From: Octopus vulgaris
Taxonomy: Eukaryota
Direction of reading: 5' to 3'
DNA length: 64,000 bases
NCBI GenBank assembly: GCA_951406725.2
Contig: OX597820.1
Span: 111,662,001-111,726,000 of the forward strand
In this document: piece after piece, positions 54,678 through 64,000 of the stretch
How positions within the stretch are numbered: the stretch's first letter is position 1
Layout of the letters: each line of letters opens with the position of its first letter
Made by a program: the position numbers and the translations under genes
The notes under the pieces: generated by a model
The model's database searches: none
What the model saw: only the letters and a program-made list of their open reading frames with translations
Told to the model about the DNA's origin: nothing

Positions 54678-57600
54678 TTTTTTTATTTTATCTAGTTTCA
54701 GCTTATGAGCTGTGGCCATGCTGGGGCACCGCCATTTGGTGTTGCTACTTGGTTTCACTTCATGGAGGCTTTCTAGCAACTGCTATTTGGTGCATGAGAG
54801 AGTTCGATGCAGCTGCCCCCCATCTGCCCCTCCTGCCGTGAAGTTTGTTCATCTGGGACACCTGACAGGAAGAGATCCAGCTTCATTTTTAAAGACATCT
54901 GTATCCACCCCATGCAGGTCTCTCAGGTTCTTCGGGAGGATATTGAAGAGCTGTGGGCCTCGGAAGCCCAGGCTATCACAGAATCTTGTCCTACATCTTG
55001 ATGGCAGGTTTGGAGTCCTAGGCGCCCAGTTCTGGCATTTGCGTAACTCTCGATGCCAAAGTTCAGGACACTTCCCTCCAGGATCTTCCAGATGTATATT
55101 ATGGCATATCTTTCCCGCCTACGCTCCAGGGAATATAATTTTAATCTACTTGAGTCTTTCCCAGTAGCTTACATTCTTCATAGAGGCTATCTTCTTTGTG
55201 TAGCTTCGTTGGATTGCCTCAAGTTCTGTGATCAACTTGACACTGGATGGTGACCATAGCTGAGAGCAATAATCAAAGTGGCTTAGGACAAGTGTCTTCC
55301 AGAGGACCATCATTGTTTCTTGTTCTCTTGTTCTAAAGGTTCTAAGAATCCATCCAGCCAGCCGTCTACATTTCATTGTCAGTTTAGCAACATGTACATG
55401 AAAGGTCGCGTCATCACTCATGTGAATACCCAGGTCACGCACTGATTGTGCCTCTGGGATTGCAATCCCTCCGGGTCCAGTGTATTCATTGGGTATTGCA
55501 TTCAGTTTTGCATGCTGATAGTATAAAGCTTGAAACTTTCCAGCATTGAACTGCATGCTATTCTTTTCAGCCCACTTGTATATTTCGTCCAGCTCACATT
55601 GCAGGTGTTTAGTGTCCTGAGGGTTCTGTATTGCCTGTGAAACTTTTGTATCATCTGCATAACTTGTGATCGTGGCTCTCTGCGTGGCTGAGGGCATGTC
55701 TAGGAGAGGGCCATTATGAACAGTAGTGGTCCCAGAACAGTGCCCTGCGGAACACCGCTCACTATATGTGTGTTAATGGAGGTGGCCCCATTGGCTACTA
55801 CCACCTGACTTCTATCCTTCAGAAAGTCATGAAGCCATTCTCCCAGTTTTCCAACTATGTTGAGATCACGCAGTTTGTGACATATCATTCCATGATCGAC
55901 TTTATCAAAGGCCTTTGCAAAGTCGAGATATATCACTTCCACATTTGAGTGGTTGAGCAGCCGTTTCAGCACCCAGTCATAGTGTTGTAGGAGCTGAGTT
56001 AAACAGCTTCTCCCTGGTCGGAAACCATGTTGGGTGTCGGGCAGCAAGTCATTTTCTTCAAGGAAGGTGATCAGCTTCCTTCTGACTATTCGTTCCATGA
56101 CCTTGCTGATGTGTGAGGTCAGAGAGATAGGTCTATAGTTCTTGGCTTCCGCTCTGCTACCTCCTTTATGAATGGGGCATATTTTACCTTCCTTCAGTTT
56201 TCCTGGAAGTTTGCCAGCTGCAAGGAAGCTCTGAAAGAGGAACTGCAGTGGTCTTACTAGGACTCTCTTACATGCTTTTAGGAGGATTGCCGGAATCCAT
56301 CGGGGCCAGTAGCTGAGTCTGTTTTCATTTCATCTATAGCCTTGGTTACATCGTCTTCCTTTATATCGATGTAATCTATCGTCGCCGCCTCTGATTTTAT
56401 ATCTGCAGTGGTAAAAAAGTCAGTTGGATTGGTGATTTGGAGATGCCCAAGGGGTGGAGTGAAACACTCTTGAATTGCTCATTCAGTATTTCACTTACCC
56501 TCATTGGTTTTCCTGTAAGTGTGCCATCCTTTTCGAGGAGTGGCCCTATTCTACAGTGCACTGTAGCTGTTTCTTTGGCATACCTCCAGAAAGCTCTGGG
56601 GTTAGATTTTATGTTTTCTATAGCCCAGGCTTCTTTGTCTGCTCTTTCTTTTTCATGGGAGAGTTGCAGACATTTTTCGATTTCCAACAGTTTTATTTTT
56701 TAGGCGGGACTTTTCACTGCTTTCAATCTGTTTGTTTAGGCGATTTGAAAATTTCGTACGCCGTCTCATTAAAATTTTCCTCTCTCTGGGGATTTTGTTC
56801 TTGTGTACAGTGGCCTTTCTCTCTGGGACACATTTGTAGCATATGGCTTGCATTACAGACATGAATTGTTGAAGTTTCACGTCGATGTCTGGCGAGGAGA
56901 GACATTTAGGCCAGTTTTGTTTGAGGATCTCTTTCTCAATTTGTTTCCAGTTTGCCTTATGGTAGTTCAAGCTGGAAAGATTTCGAGGGTTTCTTGTAGG
57001 TTGCATGTCCGTGCTCTCTTTTGGCCCGTACATGGTCAGCTCTATCATGTTGTGATCCGAGAGTAGTGTCGGTGTCACTTTCACATTATGGATGAGATCC
57101 ATGTCATTTGTGAAGCAGAGATCCAGTGTGTTACCTGCCCTGGTTGGTTGGAGTATTACCTGCTCCATGTACAGGGTGTTGATGAGGTTCAGGAGGGACC
57201 TCGCCTGTCCTCGTTCACATCTTGTCATTCCTGGGAGAGAAAGGCCCTCGGGCCATCTGACATTGGGCAGATTGAAGTCTCCCATAAGAAGCACACCTAT
57301 GTGTTGTTCTAATGTGGTTAGAATTTCTTCTATTTTTATAAGGCAGTCTTCAAACTTGCCCACATGGCTTGGGGCATCTGGAGGGCGATATGTAGCACAC
57401 ACAACTACATCAAGTTGCTTAATATGTACAATTAGTGTGTCACACACCGAGTTTGAGTATGACAAGAGGACCTGGGGTGTGAGGTCCTCACGGATGTACA
57501 TAGCAACACCTCCATGACTCCTTTCTTTCCTGTCGGTCCGTAGTACAGCATACTGTGGTATGTGTAACTCCGCATCTGCTATGTCCGGTTTCAGGTGCGT

Positions 57601-57747
57601 TTCTGTAAGTGCTATGCATATGGCTTGATTGCATGCAACAAAGTCTCTCAGGAACGGGATCTTTGTCCTGTTACTGAGTGTTTGCAGTCCTCTGATGTTC
57701 AGTAGGAGTATCGAGGTGAGGTGTACGTTGTTGCCGGCGGTGTCCAT
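54678..57747 (-). mobile_element. CR1-group LINE with near-complete ORF2 (APE + RT), no ORF1 visible
   Basis: LLNIRGL, ALTETHL, DRKERSHGGVAMY, YRPP, MGDFN, TLDLCF, SDHNMI; KNYRPISLTS, QHGFRPGRSC, YLDFAKAFDKVDH, GVPQGTVLGP, YADDTK. A few small frameshifts. Confidence 0.95.
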
Positions 57748-60320
<2,573 letters not shown>

Positions 60321-62053
60321 AAATTATTGAAAAAATTTATTTCATTTGATGAGATCAATGTACAACCTGACTGGGAAATGTCTGTGGTGTTGGTGAGCCT
60401 GTTAGACAATATTCAACAATCTGATCATCTACCTTTGATACATGGTCTTGTCTATTTAACTGGATGTACTGGAGCTGTCCAAACTTGACAATTTTTGAGA
60501 AATTGAGAAATATGACCCATTCTGCATAGTGGCTGTCCTATGCTGATTTGATCTTAGTACTATCTTGTAACAAAATAATCATCAATCACACATTACCATC
60601 CCATTGTATTTATTTGCAGTTTGATTTATGAGCACAATACAGTGCCAGTGATATAACTGTGAGCCTGACTTTTTTTCTGACTTACCCAGTTGTGTTCCAT
60701 TGGAGCACATTATTTTTACACCACAAGTGTCTCGTCTCTTTTATTTGACTATCAGTTTGGAATGATGTGAATTCCGTAATCCTCTCAATTGTAGGAACAC
60801 TGTTAAAGCTTTTGCTTTGTGCCATTTATCTCCAGAATGTCTTAATACTTTCAAGGGCTTTGAATTTAAATGCTATATTCTAACAAATCAGAGCTACCAT
60901 TACTTAGAACAGGCACTTATTTCTGCTCTACAGTATGGTATTTACAACTAAATGTATTAAGCCATTTGGAAGTTAAGTTTTCTTAGTTCCAGGCACTACG
61001 TGATACTCACAACATAACACAACACACAAACTGCTCTTTTTGGCTTGTCTGTTTTCTAATCAACCAACCTATTGATGTTTAAAATATAAAAACTTTCTGT
61101 AACACTTTATGGATCATTGTCAAAACTCTTTATATAACTGTGGAGTGAAACGAAATTAAGTCAACCAGGAATTGAACATACACACCAGACTCAGCTTGTG
61201 ATGAAAGCTTACCAACACATGAGGAACTTGCACAGATGAAATAAGCTAAGTAGTATAAATATGTTGTCTTGGAGTTCACAACATATCCAGGAATTGAGAA
61301 AGACACTATTTTTCATGTTTATGTTTTATGATTTTTAATATTTGTGTTTTACTCTGATACATAAAAAATATTCTATCTGTTTTCAAACATAGTATAATAC
61401 ATTATCTTGTGTCCTTCCTTTTTTAAGATGTTACAGTGTGATTTAATTGAAATTTAGCTGCTCTTTTTTTTACCTGGTCAGGCTACTGTGTAATGGTTAC
61501 TTTTATGATGTGAGAGAACACAGGAATCTATAGTGCTAGACTAGATATTTAACCACAACTAATCCTCTATTTTATGTTCAAATTCTATTGGATTTGTCTT
61601 TTTGTATCATCAGGGGCTAATAAAATATATACAAATAAAACATTGGGTTTGATCCATCATTGTCATTTTGTGTCCACTTTCCATGCTACAAAAGGAAGAT
61701 TCTGATAAGATTTTTTTCTTTTTTTAGTATGGAAAAAATGTAAAGTAATGATGGTGTTAATGTGTTCAATCAAGGTTGTTTGATGTTATGTTAAACTGGT
61801 TGAATTACTACAGCAAATTTTGAACCTCACTGTTCTGAGTTGAAATCCTGATAAGTTTCATTTTGCCCTTGAAGTTTTTTTTTGGTTGGGAGGTGGGGAG
61901 GTTCATATAAAATAAACAATGATGATGATGACTGTGAATGTTCTGCAATTACCTTAATTACACCCCTCCTCATTTTTCTAAAAGGTTTGCTCTTAATGTC
62001 TACTTAAAAAGAGATTTAATTTACTATTTTCTTTTTGTTTTCAAATTTAACAG

Positions 62054-62251
62054 ATGAACCAGTCTATATACCAGATATTCTCATTAAACTCGGGTCACAT
62101 AATTCTTGTGTATGAGAATGGTTCTATTGAACTTCTTACCAGTTCAGAATCTTTTAAAGGACAGCTTTCTGCCAATGATAAGTTGAAATGGTGCTGGGCT
62201 GGTTCAAATGACCAGGAACTATTTCTTTTTCTTGTAACAGAAAACCAATCA
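62054..62251 (+). CDS. NOL11: Internal exon of a NOL11-like gene (nucleolar protein 11)
   Basis: Long pyrimidine tract, then aacag|ATG AAC...CAA TCA|gtaagt; 198 nt, phase 0/0. SIYQIFSLNSGHIILVYENGSIELL...LSANDKLKW...LFLVTE resembles recalled human NOL11 [26 protein letters not shown]...ISDEEVIKW...LIFITE. Confidence 0.7.
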
Positions 62252-62676
62252 GTAAGTATATGTACTTTGTGCTTGATATGCACTGTCATTCTATAGATCA
62301 AATGAATGGGAAGGGGATTTGGTTTGAAGAGATACAGTTCTTTGTGCCAAGAAAACCATTACTAATGCCATCGTCTTCATGTGTTTTGAGTTTGGTCCCA
62401 CTGCATGTCATCTTGGGCAAGTGCTTTCTACTCTAGCTTCAAGCTGACCAATGCTTGCATGTATTGCATAGTGTTTATTGAGGCAAATTTTCTGTGGCCA
62501 GATGCCCTTCCTGTCACAAGCCCTCACTTGTTTTCAAGCAAGGTAATATTTCTCCACTTCCCCAGCCAGACATGTTCCTATACAATATTGGAAATGAATG
62601 ATTCTGATTGTGTGTCAGTGATACTCATGTACTGCCATCATGCAAAGTCAAGACAAAGACACGCACACACGCGCAT

Positions 62677-62710
<34 letters not shown>

Positions 62711-62844
62711 ACTGGAAGAACTCAGCCCAAAACCATGTGGGGAAACAGAATTGCTAAACACACAGCCAAACCTGCATGTGTGCATGCACACGCACACACA
62801 TAGATTGATGGACAAGCTGTCAGACACATTGATTGAATGATTGC

Positions 62845-63170
62845 TATGGCTATATGTTTAAGAAGTTTGCTTCTCAATCACAAGGTTCAAGATTCAGTTG
62901 CTGCATAGTATCTTGAGCAAGTGTCTATACCTTGGGTGGGCACACTTATGCCTTGTGAGTGAATCTGGATAAATGGAAACTGTGTGGAACCCAGATGGAT
63001 GGATTGTTTCTGTGATTCAAAGGTCTAAGCTCATCATATTTGTGTGCCACTGACTCAGTCTGTGAATTGCTTTAAAGGTACATGTGTCTGTGGAAGACTC
63101 AGACATTTAGATGCTAATTCAGTAAGTTTGGTATTTCAGTTAATGAAACAACTAAAAACTCATGATCAGG
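62845..63170 (+). mobile_element. Decayed composite SINE (common tRNA head + Nin/Deu-like domain)
   Basis: ggctatatgtttaagaagtttgcttctcaatcac...cttgagcaagtgtct...ggaaactg, followed by aaaggtacatgtgtctgtggaagactcagac. Confidence 0.6.
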
Positions 63171-63649
63171 AATTCTGACCAAGATCATTTTATCATGTGC
63201 TATATTTGTGTTAGTATTTTGTGTGTATGAATGTCTGTTCATCATGTCTTCATTAATATTGTTTGAGAAAAGTCAATGACATTTACATTCTTCAATGAAC
63301 AAAATCCCAGTATTTCAGCTACTTCAAATGCTTCAGTGTAAAAGGGCTTGTGGAATAAAAATACCATACTTGAAAAACAAGTGAGGATTGGCAATAGAAA
63401 AAGCATCCAACCTTTAGAAAAAATTGTCTTTAATAAGTCTTGTCTAACCCATGCCAGCATGGAAAAATAGATGTAAAAGTAATGATTGTATGTGTGTGAA
63501 TTCAATTTTGGTATAAACCTTATGGTTTGCTTTACAAAGCTCATCTGTAGGCATTGGCTAACAAATGCTATCATACAAGATCAATCACATCACTGGATAT
63601 CTAGAATTCCATAATATTCATAGTTTATACAAAAACATGAATAATAGAT

Positions 63650-63802
63650 GCAGGCATGGCTGTGTGCTAAGAAGCTTGCTTCCCAACTACATGGTTCAAT
63701 CCCACTGCATGGTACCTTAGACAAGTCTCTTCTACTATAGCCTCAGGCCAACCGAAGCCTTGTGAGTGAGTTTGGTAGAGGGAAACTGAGAGAAACCTGT
63801 CA
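63650..63802 (+). mobile_element. Abundant tRNA-derived SINE; further copies ~6515-6675, 10935-11060, 16690-16835, 34470-34580, 35860-36410, 43815-43900 (-) and 19935-20080, 36870-37030, 62345-62455 (+)
   Basis: gcaggcatggctgtgtgctaagaagcttgcttcccaac...ccttagacaagtctcttctactatagcctcaggcc...ccttgtgagtgagtttggtagagggaaactg. Confidence 0.8.
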
Positions 63803-64000
63803 TATATCTATATATATAATGTGTATATTTAAGTATAATTATAATAAAGGGTGCTGAATTGACAATGCCTGTATACTAGAAATAGATGCCAAATGGACTA
63901 CAAACAACTTACATTATTACTCTGTTACCACAAGGATGTATGTGAGGAAAATGGACAGAAAGGATTTATAAAATATTATGGACAACTCTATATCTTAAGA

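Noticed and set aside
61725-61780. Possible upstream NOL11 exon after ttttttag
   Set aside because: No convincing similarity to the expected NOL11 segment and a weak donor.

Overview
AT-rich, repeat-dense animal genomic DNA. The SINE/LINE repertoire suggests an octopus or other coleoid cephalopod (inference). On the minus strand, 12 in-phase GT-AG coding exons (44550 down to 1545) splice into the N-terminal helical region of the NMD kinase SMG1. On the plus strand, one internal exon (62054-62251) resembles NOL11. The two genes point away from each other and neither 5' exon is visible; a 100-N gap lies between them. Introns hold about 9 copies of an RTE LINE family whose reverse transcriptase carries an inserted C4HC3 PHD finger and whose 3' UTR has a variable ~61-bp tandem array. 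Also present: two CR1-group LINEs, two Penelope remnants with three degenerate hammerhead ribozymes, a head-to-tail mini-Helitron cluster, hAT, Tigger and piggyBac-like elements, many tRNA-derived SINEs and two 2-2.6 kb (TA)n arrays. Top leads: the PHD-in-RT retroelement, the Penelope tRNA-like promoter plus hammerhead module, and an 18-nt candidate SMG1 microexon. Homology calls are from memory of the families, not from searches.
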